Origin: an uncultured Clostridia bacterium
GTDB lineage: Bacteria > Bacillota > Clostridia > Lachnospirales > Lachnospiraceae
Assembly (NCBI GenBank): GCA_947385955.1
Contig: CANDNA010000001.1
Location: 167,065 to 231,064, forward strand
Direction of reading: 5' to 3'
Length of the DNA stretch: 64,000 nt
In this document: in pieces, positions 45,006 to 55,229 of the stretch
Layout of the letters: each line of letters starts with the position of its first letter
Numbering within the stretch: position 1 is the first letter of the stretch
Made by a program: the position numbers and the translations under genes
Notes under the pieces: model-generated
The model's database searches: none
Told to the model about the DNA's origin: nothing
Seen by the model: only the letters and a program-made list of their open reading frames with translations

Positions 45006-45033
45006 CGTATGTGTTCTTGTCAATCGAAGGTAC
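45006..45033. repeat. Copy B of the 28-nt motif, overlapping the 3' end of the 45020..45313 gene
   Basis: CGTATGTGTTCTTGTCAATCGAAGGTAC. The GGAGATTTGG preceding it is the reverse complement of the CCAAATCTCC preceding copy A. Confidence 0.7.
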
Positions 45034-45313
45034 CTGCTTTGATCAAATCCAGCTCTTTCAGCATGGCAGCCGTATCTTTCATCCCCTGCATATATGCCAG
45101 TTCGCTGTATCTGAAATTGCATTCATTATACGCCGTCAAAAGCCGGTCCACTGCCAGAGACTGTTCTTTTGTCAGCCCGCATCCTTTTAACTGTTCCAAC
45201 AGGATTTCTACTTCCCTGCTTCTCCTTATATATTCTTTTTCGGCAGATACAATGCTCTCAAACCGCTCTCCCGTCATCTTCTTTACCAGTATTTTCAAAA
45301 TCGTATTTTCCAT
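45020..45313 (-). CDS. Hypothetical small protein, ~98 aa (the ORF-track version is 153 aa with an N-terminal extension)
   Basis: ORF with a plausible RBS at MENTILKIL. No recognisable domain. Confidence 0.4.
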   Translation of the reverse strand: MENTILKILVKKMTGERFESIVSAEKEYIRRSREVEILLEQLKGCGLTKEQSLAVDRLLTAYNECNFRYSELAYMQGMKDTAAMLKELDLIKAGTFD

Positions 45314-45902
45314 CTTATCCGCCTCCCCTGGTCTCTGCCGGACAGCAAAATCCACGCTGCTTTGCAGGATTCCCCGCCTGCTGCGGATCGCTTCAGCGAT
45401 AGATTTCCTCTCCGCCGGAGTACGATCCCACCCGGAGGGCTTTTTTTGATATAGGAAACCCGGAGGAATTTCACATATCAAAAAAAGAACCGTGTACTGT
45501 GATCAGCCACGGTCCCTCCTACCCTGACCCTCACCGGGTACAGCACGGTGACAGAATCACCTTCTGCCACCGGAATCTCCCGGCGAGAAATCAAAAAACG
45601 AGGTGCAAGGTATGCGTCCACACCTTCACCCCATTTATATCAAAGGCAACAAACATCATCCTGCAACAACACAAAAACTACTATACCCTTGTAATCATGG
45701 CAAAATTACTTTATAATATATTCGTGTATCGCAGACAACGTCTGTATCGTGTGGTAGCCTACTACCGCCCTTGCCTGACACTGCGCCAACAGTGTCAGGT
45801 GGTACACCATATGTTTTGATTTCTCTAACCTATTTTAGCATATCTGTCATCTTTATACAAGTAGCAAAGTACCGGATCTGCTCTGTGCAGGCATTTGCTG
45901 CC

Positions 45903-47396
45903 TCATGGGGAGAGCTGGTGCTCTCTCGCAGTCCGGATAACCCGGTCCACCGCTGCCTCTGCATGGACAGGCAGGCTCCCGGAGGTCTTGACATCTGTTT
46001 CGGATTCCGTTTCCTCCATCCCTCTGTCAAACCGATTCAGTGCATATCTTGCCAGCATACCGGAAACACGTCCCCGCTCTATGGAATCTTCCGCACCAAG
46101 TACGATAACGACCAGATCATGCTCCATGCTTCCGTCATCCGCAATCAGGGAAGTCACCAGGCAGGCCCCCGCCCTGTTGGTCGTTCCGGTTTTCAGGCCG
46201 GTGGCTTCAGGCAGATTGCGCAGAAGCGGGTTGGTATTGCGCACTTCAAAGTCCAGCGATTCCAGAGTGGCTTCTTCCAGAGAGGTGATGTCCGTAATCT
46301 GGGGATACACCTTTAAAAGGTAAGATACCAGACGGAACATATCCTTTGCACTCATGCTGTTCTGACGCTTTGCCGGAATAAAATCCTCCGTGTAGGAAGG
46401 CAGGCCGTTGCTGTTGAAAAAAATCGTCTGGGAAAGTCCCAGTTCCTGCGCTTTTTCATTCATCATCCGGACAAAAGCCTCTTCCGAACCGGCGACAGCT
46501 TCGGCCAGACACAATGCACATTCGTTGCTGGAGGGTAAAAGGGCCCCCACCAAAAGCTCCCGTACGGAAATCTGTTCCCCGGCTTTCAGAGGGACCACCC
46601 CATCTCCCGAAACGGCCAATGCTCCGGCTGCATCGGAAATCGTGACCTGCTTATCAAGCGTAAGCTGCCCGGATGAGACAGCCTCCATAGTCAAAAGACA
46701 CGTCATAAGTTTGGACGTGCTGGCTATGGGGTAGGACGTATCGGACTGATACTGATAGTAGATTTCCCCCGTGGTGGCATCCCCTGCCAATACGCTGTTG
46801 ACTCCGCCAAAATACCCGGCTTCTTCCAATGCGGCAGGATCGGGATCAAAAGGCTCCTGTGTATGAATCTGCAGGGAGCCGGCCGGCGAAACAGTCATAT
46901 CCACATCCAGAAGCATAGCCAAATCCACCGCCATCATAAAGCAGTCATACTCTCCGGAGGGAAGCTGCATAATCAGAGTATAGTAAAATACCTTTTCTCC
47001 ATTCACTTTGAATTCATTTCTCCGCAAGGCAATGTCCACATATCCGCCGCCTTCCCAGGGAACATTTTCCACGCCCGCCGGCGTATAGGCACTGCCCGGA
47101 TTCAGAGAAACGGCACTGCCTGCAATTTCCAGCGAGAAGGAGCATTCCGTATCCTTAAGAAGCATGGCTATGTCCCGCAGCGAAAGATAAGTATTATCAT
47201 CATAGCTGTAATCCAGCGTTTTTACAGTGCCTGTGCGGCCCGTGTCTGTCTGAACCTGACAGACGCCCGGGATTTCAAAGCTGGCCTCTGCCCGGATGAC
47301 CGGCACAGTAAAGCACATCAGAATGACAGACAATAGCAACACAATAGAAGCTGTTTTTCTCAGAATCGTTTTCATGGAGCCTCCCTCACTGCTCAA
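45903..47396 (-). CDS. D-alanyl-D-alanine carboxypeptidase (serine peptidase S11, low-MW PBP) with an N-terminal extra domain
   Basis: SxxK ASTSKLMT, SxN LPSSNECA, KTG LKTGTTNRAG. A signal peptide and a ~180-aa N-terminal domain precede the catalytic domain. Confidence 0.85.
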   Translation of the reverse strand: MSSEGGSMKTILRKTASIVLLLSVILMCFTVPVIRAEASFEIPGVCQVQTDTGRTGTVKTLDYSYDDNTYLSLRDIAMLLKDTECSFSLEIAGSAVSLNPGSAYTPAGVENVPWEGGGYVDIALRRNEFKVNGEKVFYYTLIMQLPSGEYDCFMMAVDLAMLLDVDMTVSPAGSLQIHTQEPFDPDPAALEEAGYFGGVNSVLAGDATTGEIYYQYQSDTSYPIASTSKLMTCLLTMEAVSSGQLTLDKQVTISDAAGALAVSGDGVVPLKAGEQISVRELLVGALLPSSNECALCLAEAVAGSEEAFVRMMNEKAQELGLSQTIFFNSNGLPSYTEDFIPAKRQNSMSAKDMFRLVSYLLKVYPQITDITSLEEATLESLDFEVRNTNPLLRNLPEATGLKTGTTNRAGACLVTSLIADDGSMEHDLVVIVLGAEDSIERGRVSGMLARYALNRFDRGMEETESETDVKTSGSLPVHAEAAVDRVIRTAREHQLSP

Positions 47397-48124
47397 TTTG
47401 CAGGTTGTTGTAAGGTGTATACCACAGGGGCCCCATCCGGAGAAAGGCCGGAAGGAACCGAATCTGTTCCTTCAGACAGGAGCAGATGGGAATCTTTCCG
47501 GATATAGTACGCCGCCCTTGTGGTGACATCCCCTCCGCTGTCAAACTGTCTGGTCAGAATATCCCCCGTCGTTTCATAAGTGCCACTGCCGTCATAGTAT
47601 GCCTGTAAATCTTCCAGGGGAGGCAAAAGCTCCGGACCATAAGACATCAGATAGGCATCCGTTGACATCCCAAACGTTTCCGTGACAAGATCCTCTATCG
47701 CTGCTTCATCCATGCCGCCCGTATACCCTGCCATAGAAAGCCGCTCGGCCAGAAGTTCCTGAAATGCTGCAGCAAATGCCGCATAGGCATCCTGCCGGCA
47801 GGCATCATAGCTTTCCTGTACCACATGGCAATGGAATGTTCCCGCAGAACGGGAGGTTTGTTCAAATGTCAGATTGACCTGTATGGTCAATTCCTGCATA
47901 CACGCTTCCATCTCTTCCAGCGAAACAGAAACCCCTTCTATCTCCTGCAGCCAGATAAAAGCTGTGACCGCAGTCTGCTCTGTCATGTCCAGACTGGCAG
48001 TCCATTCTCCGGAAAGCTCTCTGTCATCCGACAGAAAGAAATGCAAATAAGCCAAAAAAGCTGTGGAAATGCCCAGCGTTAAAAATAATAAAATAAATAC
48101 AACATTTTTTATGGTTTTTTTCAT
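47393..48124 (-). CDS. Hypothetical membrane-anchored protein, 243 aa, translationally coupled (ATGA overlap) to the carboxypeptidase gene
   Basis: N-terminal TM VVFILLFLTLGISTAFLAYLHFFL. Stop-start overlap at 47393-47396. Confidence 0.5.
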   Translation of the reverse strand: MKKTIKNVVFILLFLTLGISTAFLAYLHFFLSDDRELSGEWTASLDMTEQTAVTAFIWLQEIEGVSVSLEEMEACMQELTIQVNLTFEQTSRSAGTFHCHVVQESYDACRQDAYAAFAAAFQELLAERLSMAGYTGGMDEAAIEDLVTETFGMSTDAYLMSYGPELLPPLEDLQAYYDGSGTYETTGDILTRQFDSGGDVTTRAAYYIRKDSHLLLSEGTDSVPSGLSPDGAPVVYTLQQPAN

Positions 48125-48314
48125 CGTATTTTCCTGATTTTATCGAAACGACATATCGTCTTTATCTGCATCGGCTATTGTGTTCATTCTAACACAAACC
48201 TGTCTGTGCGCAAACAACGATTTCTTTTTGCCTGAAAAGGCATGCGGCATTTCCTGCTTCCTTTTCAGGCAATATGAAACCATCAGCATAATATGTACAA
48301 ATCGTAGCAGATAC

Positions 48315-50909
48315 TTATTTCAGGTATTTTTTCAGCTTGCAGACAACAGCCTGAATGTCAATCGGTTTTGCCAGATGGTCATTCATGCCGCACTCAAGAC
48401 ACTTTTGAATATCTTCCGAAAAAGCATCTGCCGTCATTGCAATAACAGGAATATCTGCATCCTCACGCTCCAGCGCCCGAATGGCCCTGGTCGCTTCGTA
48501 GCCGTTCATCACCGGCATTCTCACATCCATAATAATAGCATCATAATAGCCAACAGGGGACTTCTCAAACTTTTCAACACAGCTCTGCCCGTTTTCCACC
48601 CAATCCAATTCCATCTCAAGAACGGAAAGCAGTTCTCTGGCAACTTCCCAGTTAAGCTCATTATCCTCTGCCATCAGGATATGTTTCCCTCTGCATTCCA
48701 GGCCGATCTCTTCTTCCCCACCGGCGCCTTTTTTATCCGAAACACCGGCAAATACTTTAAGGGCATCCAACAAAGCGGACTGAAACACAGGTCTGCAGAC
48801 AAACCCTGAAATCCCGGCCTCTCGTGCCGCCTTTTCCATACTGCTCCAGTCACAGGCCGAGAGGAACAGCGCCGGACTGTCTTTTCCATAACTCGATTGA
48901 ATTTTCCTCGCCGCCTCAATTCCGTTCATCCCCGGCAAGTTCCAGCTTAAAAGGATTATCTGATAAGCATCATTGCCATGACAGTGTTCAGCAATCAGTT
49001 CCATTGCACGCTCAACACTCAGACACCATTCAGAACGAATCCCCAGCGACTGTAAGGAATGGACTGTGCTGCTGCACAGGCGCTCATCGTTATCGACGAC
49101 AAGCATATGCCAGTCCGGCAGTACTGTATCCATCTCCTGCTCTGCCACTTTTGCCAGGTCAAGAATAACATGAAACTCGCTCCCCTTTCCCTGCTCACTG
49201 CGGACAGAAATGGTGCCGCCCATCGCATCTACAATATACTTGGTAATCGCCATTCCCAGCCCGGACCCTTCGGTTTTCTGTACGCGTGTGTTGTCCTCTC
49301 TGCTGAAGGAGTCAAATATTTTCTCCTGGTATTCCTTCGACATACCAATGCCTGTATCTCTCACCAGGAAATGGGTACGGACACAGGAAGGATCTTTCGG
49401 CAATGGTTCCTGATATACAGACACTTTAACAGAACCATTCTCCGGTGTAAATTTAACGGCGTTCCCCAACAGGTTAATCAATACCTGGTTCAGCCGTACA
49501 CTGTCACAGCACACATCCTCCGAAAGAATTTCATAAGCAACTGCATCAAACTGCTGATTTTTCGCCTTAACCTGGGGCTGTATGATATTGACAATGCTGT
49601 CCATTACTTCCTTTAATGACACCAGCCCCACATTCAGCGTCATTTTGCCGCTTTCGATCTTTGATATATCCAGTACATCATTGATCAGTCCCAGCAAATG
49701 CTTACTGGACAGCGCAATTTTCCGCAGATATTCCTGAACCTGTTCCGGCTTATGCACATTGGCTGCGGCCAGGGACGTCATACCGATTATGGCGTTCATA
49801 GGAGTCCGTATATCATGGCTCATGCTGGAGAGAAATTCCTGTTTGGCCGCATTGGCATGTTCTGCTTCTTTCCGCGCCTCTTCAGCGGCTTTCCGTGCCG
49901 TATCCATTTCTGTGTTCATATCCTTCAATGCAGATACCTGGTTTCGGAATATTCTCAAATACCGGAAAAACAGGTAAAGAAGCATGACAATTACCAGAGA
50001 AGAAGCGATATAAACAAGAGTAAGCCACCGATTTCCCATACCTGAAATCGCCTGATCCAGCCCTTCAAAAGGAAGGATCGTCACCAGATACCATTCGCAG
50101 TAGGGGAGGCTGGTACAATACAGATGACAGCGCGATTCTTCGCTTTTCAGTATAACAGTATAATCTTCATTCGTATTCATGGCATCTGTCATCTGTTTCA
50201 CATAGGAATCCGCTTTATCACCCTGACCGTCAAAGATTTTATACAGTCGGTTAAAATAATTTTCGTTTTTGTCATTCTGATCCCCCACAACATAAGTGCC
50301 ATCCTCGCGTATAACAAAGGAATACATCTGTGAACTGTCAGACTCAAGGAAGAGGACCTCTCCCATATAATTGGCAGAAAGCCCTACCACAATGGCAAGG
50401 CTCCCGCTTCCATCTGACATAGGATATTCACAGGGGATCCCAAACAAAATTACCCCGTTCCCATTGTTGTCTACCGCAGATGCGACTTTGCGTTCCCCGT
50501 TTTTCAGACTTTCCAAAAACGTTTCAGGGTGATTCAGCTTCACTGTATCCCCGTAAATCATTTCGATCCTGCCGTCTGACGAATACAGGGCAGCGCATAA
50601 AAAATGCCTTGCCCTCGCACCGTATTCAATCTCCTCCTTCGAACCATAGCCCAAATCCCCCTCACCTGCCGCAATATGCGCTATGGATTCCGCCATTGTC
50701 AGGCGGAGCTCAATAACCGTTTCAAAATGTAAAGATACCTGCTCATTCATTCCGGCCATATAATCATTGCCTATATCTTCAATCGTATTTTCACACATAT
50801 CGTTAATGGATCTTCCAAGAAAGAAAAACACGAAACTCGTTAAACAAATGATTACTGCTATGTTAATTTTTAAGGAACGCAGCAAAGGCATGTTTTTCAT
50901 ATTTTTCAT
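48315..50909 (-). CDS. Hybrid sensor histidine kinase: periplasmic sensor domain between two TM helices, HisKA, HATPase_c, two receiver domains (864 aa)
   Basis: H-box SSMSHDIRTPMNAIIGM. N/G boxes LLGNAVKFT, DTGIGM, GSGLGM. REC1 LLVVDNDE...LLSWNLPGMNG. REC2 ILMAEDNELN...IIMDVRMPVMNG. Confidence 0.8.
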   Translation of the reverse strand: MKNMKNMPLLRSLKINIAVIICLTSFVFFFLGRSINDMCENTIEDIGNDYMAGMNEQVSLHFETVIELRLTMAESIAHIAAGEGDLGYGSKEEIEYGARARHFLCAALYSSDGRIEMIYGDTVKLNHPETFLESLKNGERKVASAVDNNGNGVILFGIPCEYPMSDGSGSLAIVVGLSANYMGEVLFLESDSSQMYSFVIREDGTYVVGDQNDKNENYFNRLYKIFDGQGDKADSYVKQMTDAMNTNEDYTVILKSEESRCHLYCTSLPYCEWYLVTILPFEGLDQAISGMGNRWLTLVYIASSLVIVMLLYLFFRYLRIFRNQVSALKDMNTEMDTARKAAEEARKEAEHANAAKQEFLSSMSHDIRTPMNAIIGMTSLAAANVHKPEQVQEYLRKIALSSKHLLGLINDVLDISKIESGKMTLNVGLVSLKEVMDSIVNIIQPQVKAKNQQFDAVAYEILSEDVCCDSVRLNQVLINLLGNAVKFTPENGSVKVSVYQEPLPKDPSCVRTHFLVRDTGIGMSKEYQEKIFDSFSREDNTRVQKTEGSGLGMAITKYIVDAMGGTISVRSEQGKGSEFHVILDLAKVAEQEMDTVLPDWHMLVVDNDERLCSSTVHSLQSLGIRSEWCLSVERAMELIAEHCHGNDAYQIILLSWNLPGMNGIEAARKIQSSYGKDSPALFLSACDWSSMEKAAREAGISGFVCRPVFQSALLDALKVFAGVSDKKGAGGEEEIGLECRGKHILMAEDNELNWEVARELLSVLEMELDWVENGQSCVEKFEKSPVGYYDAIIMDVRMPVMNGYEATRAIRALEREDADIPVIAMTADAFSEDIQKCLECGMNDHLAKPIDIQAVVCKLKKYLK

Positions 50910-50975
50910 CTCCTCTGTTTTTAATTTATTACCTGAGTCTGAACTCCGGCCACTGTCCGTTTCACGTTTTTACCA

Positions 50976-53579
50976 TCACCTCAGCCGGCTCATGACCCTG
51001 AACATTGTGGGGATGTCTACCGGCTTTGCCAGATGTTCATTCATCCCGGCGTCTTTAGCCAGGGCAATGTCCTCTTCAAATGTGTTTGCCGACAGCGCTA
51101 TGACAGGCACTGTTTTCGCATCTGTCCGTTCCAGACTGCGAATCACCCGGGTTGCCTCATATCCGCTCATAACCGGCATCATCAAATCCATAAGCACACA
51201 GTCGAAAGTGCCCGGAGCAGATGCCTCGAACGCGTCCACAGCAGCTTTGCCATCATTGGCGGTCACAACCTCCGCACCTGCCTCCTGAAGAATATACTCT
51301 ACGATTTCACAGTTAATCTCATTATCCTCCACCAAAAGAACACGCATTCCGGCAATGCTGTCCTGCATATCCTGCTCCTCTTTTGCAGGATCTCCGCTCC
51401 ATGCCTCATCGACCCGAAGAGGCAGCATGATTTGAACCACACTTCCTCTGCCAGGACAACTGTCTATCCTGATGCTTCCCTTCATCTCGTCCACCAGCTT
51501 TTTTACAATGGACATGCCAAGGCCCACGCCATTATAATTGGTTCTCGCATCCTGATGTTCCTGTGTAAAAGGCTCAAAAATGTGCTCCTTAAATTCTTCT
51601 CCGATGCCGATTCCAGTATCTTCGATCTCAAACCCGTAATCTGCAATCCCGTCCTGGCAGGCGTTTTCCCTTACCCGGACAAATACGGAACCATGAGGCC
51701 TGTTATATTTAAGAGCGTTGTCAATAACATTCATCAGGATTTTCTTTAAGTGCAGCGTATTTCCTATCAATCTGCCATGCCGTAAGCTGACCTCCTCCAG
51801 CACCAGCCGGACTCCCCTCTCCTCTGCCTGGGAAGAAAGGATCGAAATACAGTCCTCCACGGTATCCTGAAGAGCAAAAGGCTCTTCTACTGCCGACGGT
51901 CTCCCACTCTCCAGTCTGCTGACCTGCAGAACGTCGTTCACCAGAGAAAGCAGATGCTCCGTTGACACGCGGATTTTCTTATAACAGTCTCTCTGCCGCT
52001 CCGGATCATCCTGACTTTTTTCCAGGATAGATAACATTCCCATAATCCCATTGATGGGTGTACGAAGGTCATGAGACATATGGGAAAGAAATTCACTCTT
52101 TACCGAATTTGCTCTCCTTACCCTCTCCAATAACTCCAGAATGGACTGCTCCTGTTTCTTCCTTGTCATCATGGTTTCCGTGATGTCCTGATGGTATCCG
52201 CTCAGGCAGACACCCGGTTTTTTGAAAGTCTTGTCCGGCACTCCACCACATCGGACATAAATTTTACCCAGTTTTGGATGATTCCAAAGGTAAATCACCT
52301 CAGAACGCCCTGTTTCCAGTATCTCCAGAACCGCCTCCTGCACCATTTCCACATAGTCCGGCTCAATATTTTCAAACCAGCTTTGGTAACACGCCTCCGG
52401 ATCGATCTCATCCGGTACGCCCAGAAGAATCCGCATTGTACGGTCCGCATACATTCTTGGTTTACAGCCTTCCTCCAGTTCTATCGTCCAGATGCCTGTC
52501 CTGGCTCCTTCCAGAATATCCTCCAGGCTTTGCCGTGCCTCCAGCTTATGCTTCTCCTCCTGCTCCACCACGGCATTGACATCCCGCTGGGCAAAAATTG
52601 CGCAATTCTCCTCCTCGGTCTTTTCCGTAGCGGAAAAATGAAGTTCCATATGTTTCAGTCCGAATGAACTGTCTTTTACCTGATATCTGACAGAAATCTT
52701 TTTCTTTGTCTTAAGCTGAGCGAGCACATAGTCTTTTTTTGTCACAGCACGGAGCCGGTCCTGATCCTGTGGGACCACATACCGGAAAATATACTGCTCT
52801 ATAGCTGCCTGATAACCCTCCTTAAAATGAAAGGCCCAATCCATACCTGTCCATTCGCTGTGCCGATAAATCTCACATTCGCCTGTGTCAAAGTTCACCT
52901 GATAGATGCCCAGATAATCCACACTGAGAGCATGGAGAACGTTATAACTGCGATTTTGAAGTTTCCGGAACAGATTACGGCGTTTCAGCGAGGATACGAT
53001 AAAATATGCTGCGGTCTGCAGCATATTTGATGCGTATTCCAACGTTCTCACAGGAGGATTATCCACACCATAAAAACCGATGATTTTTTTGCCGTCATAA
53101 AGGGGTACCACCACAAGAGAATAAATGCCCTGCCGCTTCAGGTTCTCATACTGAAGCGGGTCAGACTCACGGATATCTTCCAGATTCTCAATAACAATAT
53201 GCCTGCCGATACTGAACTTCCGGTACCAGCCCGCGCATACCTCTGAAGGGACATTTTGAAGATTCTCCTTTTCCGGCACAACCCCCTCGGCTGTCCACTC
53301 ATAGGTATTATCATCGCCGCCGGATCTGTTCTGCTCGAATATGTAAGTCCGCTCCCCATTCAGCGCCTTGCCCAGATGCTCCAATAACACCTCCAACGAC
53401 TGATCCGGGGTTTCCTCCAGTAATGCAACACGAAGGCCCTCATTAATAATGGCTTCCAGATTCTGAACACTCCGCATACCACTATGCTGCGCACAGCTTC
53501 CGGCGGCTGGCACACCTTCACCACCCCATTCAAAAAGTCCACCTGAATACCCCATAAGACTGTCCTCCATACAGGCCAT
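50976..53579 (-). CDS. Cytoplasmic hybrid sensor histidine kinase: GAF, PAS-like, HisKA, HATPase_c, receiver (867 aa)
   Basis: H-box LSHMSHDLRTPINGIMGM. N/G boxes VIDNALKYN, DTGIGI, GVGLGM. REC VLLVEDNEIN...VLMDLMMPVMSG. N-terminal GAF-like region. Confidence 0.8.
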   Translation of the reverse strand: MACMEDSLMGYSGGLFEWGGEGVPAAGSCAQHSGMRSVQNLEAIINEGLRVALLEETPDQSLEVLLEHLGKALNGERTYIFEQNRSGGDDNTYEWTAEGVVPEKENLQNVPSEVCAGWYRKFSIGRHIVIENLEDIRESDPLQYENLKRQGIYSLVVVPLYDGKKIIGFYGVDNPPVRTLEYASNMLQTAAYFIVSSLKRRNLFRKLQNRSYNVLHALSVDYLGIYQVNFDTGECEIYRHSEWTGMDWAFHFKEGYQAAIEQYIFRYVVPQDQDRLRAVTKKDYVLAQLKTKKKISVRYQVKDSSFGLKHMELHFSATEKTEEENCAIFAQRDVNAVVEQEEKHKLEARQSLEDILEGARTGIWTIELEEGCKPRMYADRTMRILLGVPDEIDPEACYQSWFENIEPDYVEMVQEAVLEILETGRSEVIYLWNHPKLGKIYVRCGGVPDKTFKKPGVCLSGYHQDITETMMTRKKQEQSILELLERVRRANSVKSEFLSHMSHDLRTPINGIMGMLSILEKSQDDPERQRDCYKKIRVSTEHLLSLVNDVLQVSRLESGRPSAVEEPFALQDTVEDCISILSSQAEERGVRLVLEEVSLRHGRLIGNTLHLKKILMNVIDNALKYNRPHGSVFVRVRENACQDGIADYGFEIEDTGIGIGEEFKEHIFEPFTQEHQDARTNYNGVGLGMSIVKKLVDEMKGSIRIDSCPGRGSVVQIMLPLRVDEAWSGDPAKEEQDMQDSIAGMRVLLVEDNEINCEIVEYILQEAGAEVVTANDGKAAVDAFEASAPGTFDCVLMDLMMPVMSGYEATRVIRSLERTDAKTVPVIALSANTFEEDIALAKDAGMNEHLAKPVDIPTMFRVMSRLR

Positions 53580-54359
53580 TTTCCGGCCATAGTATCACAA
53601 CAAATTCCCGCGCCGGGATATTTCTTACCCCAAATCCCGATTGCAGAATATTCATATCATTTCGCTATATTTTTACAACTTTACCATAAAAATCCGGAAA
53701 GTCTGTGTCATAATATCATACGCATAAAATGACGTCAATATAAAATACAAACCCTTCCCCTCTTTTAAATACCAATTACACAAACCAGCGTCTGTTTTCA
53801 ATCAGGTAACATTCTTTTCACATATACCTCAAAGGATTGTTCTGTCAAATATTACCCGCAACAGAATGCGGAAAAAAGGAAGCCTTTTATAAAATTTCTC
53901 AAAAACTTTTCCAGATATCTTAAAAGTATGCCATTGCCCTTAGAACTCCTTTGCCCTGTCTTTTACTTTTCAGTAAATGGCATTCCAACATAAGAACGGT
54001 CTGACATTTTTTGCTCTCACAATAATTAAGCCAGGATAAGAATGGCTGTAATGCAGACCTTCCATAATGTTTTGCACCACAATTACTTTATTTTTTCCCA
54101 TCCTTCTTCTCCCGTATGGCACTGATTAATCTTATTACTCATGTAGAAGTATACCATACTGTCTTTACCTTTTCAATTAATTACGAACATAAGTTCTGTT
54201 TTTATTTTAAAAATTCCATGTTATTTATGAATTATTATTCGTTTTAGCCCTGCCAAATGTTTATATAAAATCCAAACAATATATAATAAGCACTTTATTC
54301 GACAATATATATGTCAAAACAAAGTGCTTATTCCCCCAAAATCTACTCCTTTCTATCCC
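53580..54359. other. ~780-bp AT-rich (~30% GC) non-coding stretch with no ORF >60 aa, left of the island's direct repeat. Contains the hairpin AATAAGCACTTTATT-N21-AACAAAGTGCTTATT (54283-54330).
   Basis: GC content drops relative to the ~58% flanks. The ORF track is empty here. The inverted repeat was read directly from the sequence. Confidence 0.5.
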
Positions 54360-54395
54360 GGCAGACTCCCCTCCACACACAACGACCCATACCCC
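54360..54395. repeat. Left 36-bp direct repeat (GGCAGACTCCCCTCCACACACAACGACCCATACCCC), a duplicated copy of the subtilase gene 3' end (attL-like)
   Basis: Identical 36/36 to 57863-57898. Its reverse complement encodes GYGSLCVEGSLP, the C-terminus of the S8 peptidase. Confidence 0.85.
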
Positions 54396-54575
54396 GCGTG
54401 TGTCAAGTTAATGTCACAAACTTTTTTCACTTTTTTTGAACGAAAATCGCTGAAACCCGCATAACTTCATGGGGCGTATGGTTCGCTAATGCTAAGTCAG
54501 GGCAAAATTGACGGTGAATTAGAGTCAAGTCGCTTTTATTTGTAAGCCACTGCTATTCCTTGCCATTAGGATATT

Positions 54576-55229
54576 TTATACTAATAATTCTCCAAAGCAT
54601 TGCATTAATTCTTTACTTTCCCTTACTATACTTCTTTTAAATCCGGCAAAACTACTTTCTCTACTTAACATTTTTTTAATTCTTTCCCAATATAGCGTTC
54701 GCAATTTGTTATCACTTTCATTGAAATAGTTCTCAATATATTCTGTAAATTCTTTTATTTCCTCAGAAATTTTGCTTTTTAAATTTCTCGCCTCAAATTC
54801 TGAGATTGCTGTTCCTGCACCATTATATATTTTATCCAATAATTCACGTGTTTCACTATTTTCAGCGCTGTATGATCTATCATCCTTCACTTCAACATAA
54901 TGTTTCGGATAACTGTCAAATATGATATGTATATACTTTTCCGGATCATCCTTTGTACAATCAATAATATGATCATATTGACTTCCTTTAATTCTATTAC
55001 AGTGCGCACAAGCATAAAAAAGATTGTCCCAATTATATTTTAAGTAGTCATTATTTTTACATGAGCGAAAATGTTCTACATTAATAACTGTTGGATTTTT
55101 TTCTTCACAAAGATAACACTTATTATAAAAATCCTTCTGTAATATAAAAATAATTTTCTCGCTCCGATAGTCTTCTTCTTTCTTAATAACTGTTCCTATC
55201 GGGAGTAACGACTTGTCTATTTTAACCAT
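54576..55229 (-). CDS. HNH endonuclease of the restriction/defence-associated type (TIGR02646-like, PtuB-like), 217 aa
   Basis: CYLCEEK...VEHFRSCKNNDYLKYNWDNLFYACAHCNRIKG carries the C-x2-C ... H ... N ... H/C HNH core. The start overlaps the upstream ATPase stop by 8 nt. Confidence 0.65.
   Translation of the reverse strand: MVKIDKSLLPIGTVIKKEEDYRSEKIIFILQKDFYNKCYLCEEKNPTVINVEHFRSCKNNDYLKYNWDNLFYACAHCNRIKGSQYDHIIDCTKDDPEKYIHIIFDSYPKHYVEVKDDRSYSAENSETRELLDKIYNGAGTAISEFEARNLKSKISEEIKEFTEYIENYFNESDNKLRTLYWERIKKMLSRESSFAGFKRSIVRESKELMQCFGELLV

Noticed and set aside
45482-45902. Possible tRNA or riboswitch in the 420-bp gap, including the GC-rich hairpin CCTGACACTG-CGCCAA-CAGTGTCAGG
   Set aside because: No T-loop (GTTCGAATC-like) or cloverleaf could be assembled by eye. 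The hairpin lacks a U-tract and matches no riboswitch class I can recognise. I left it unannotated.
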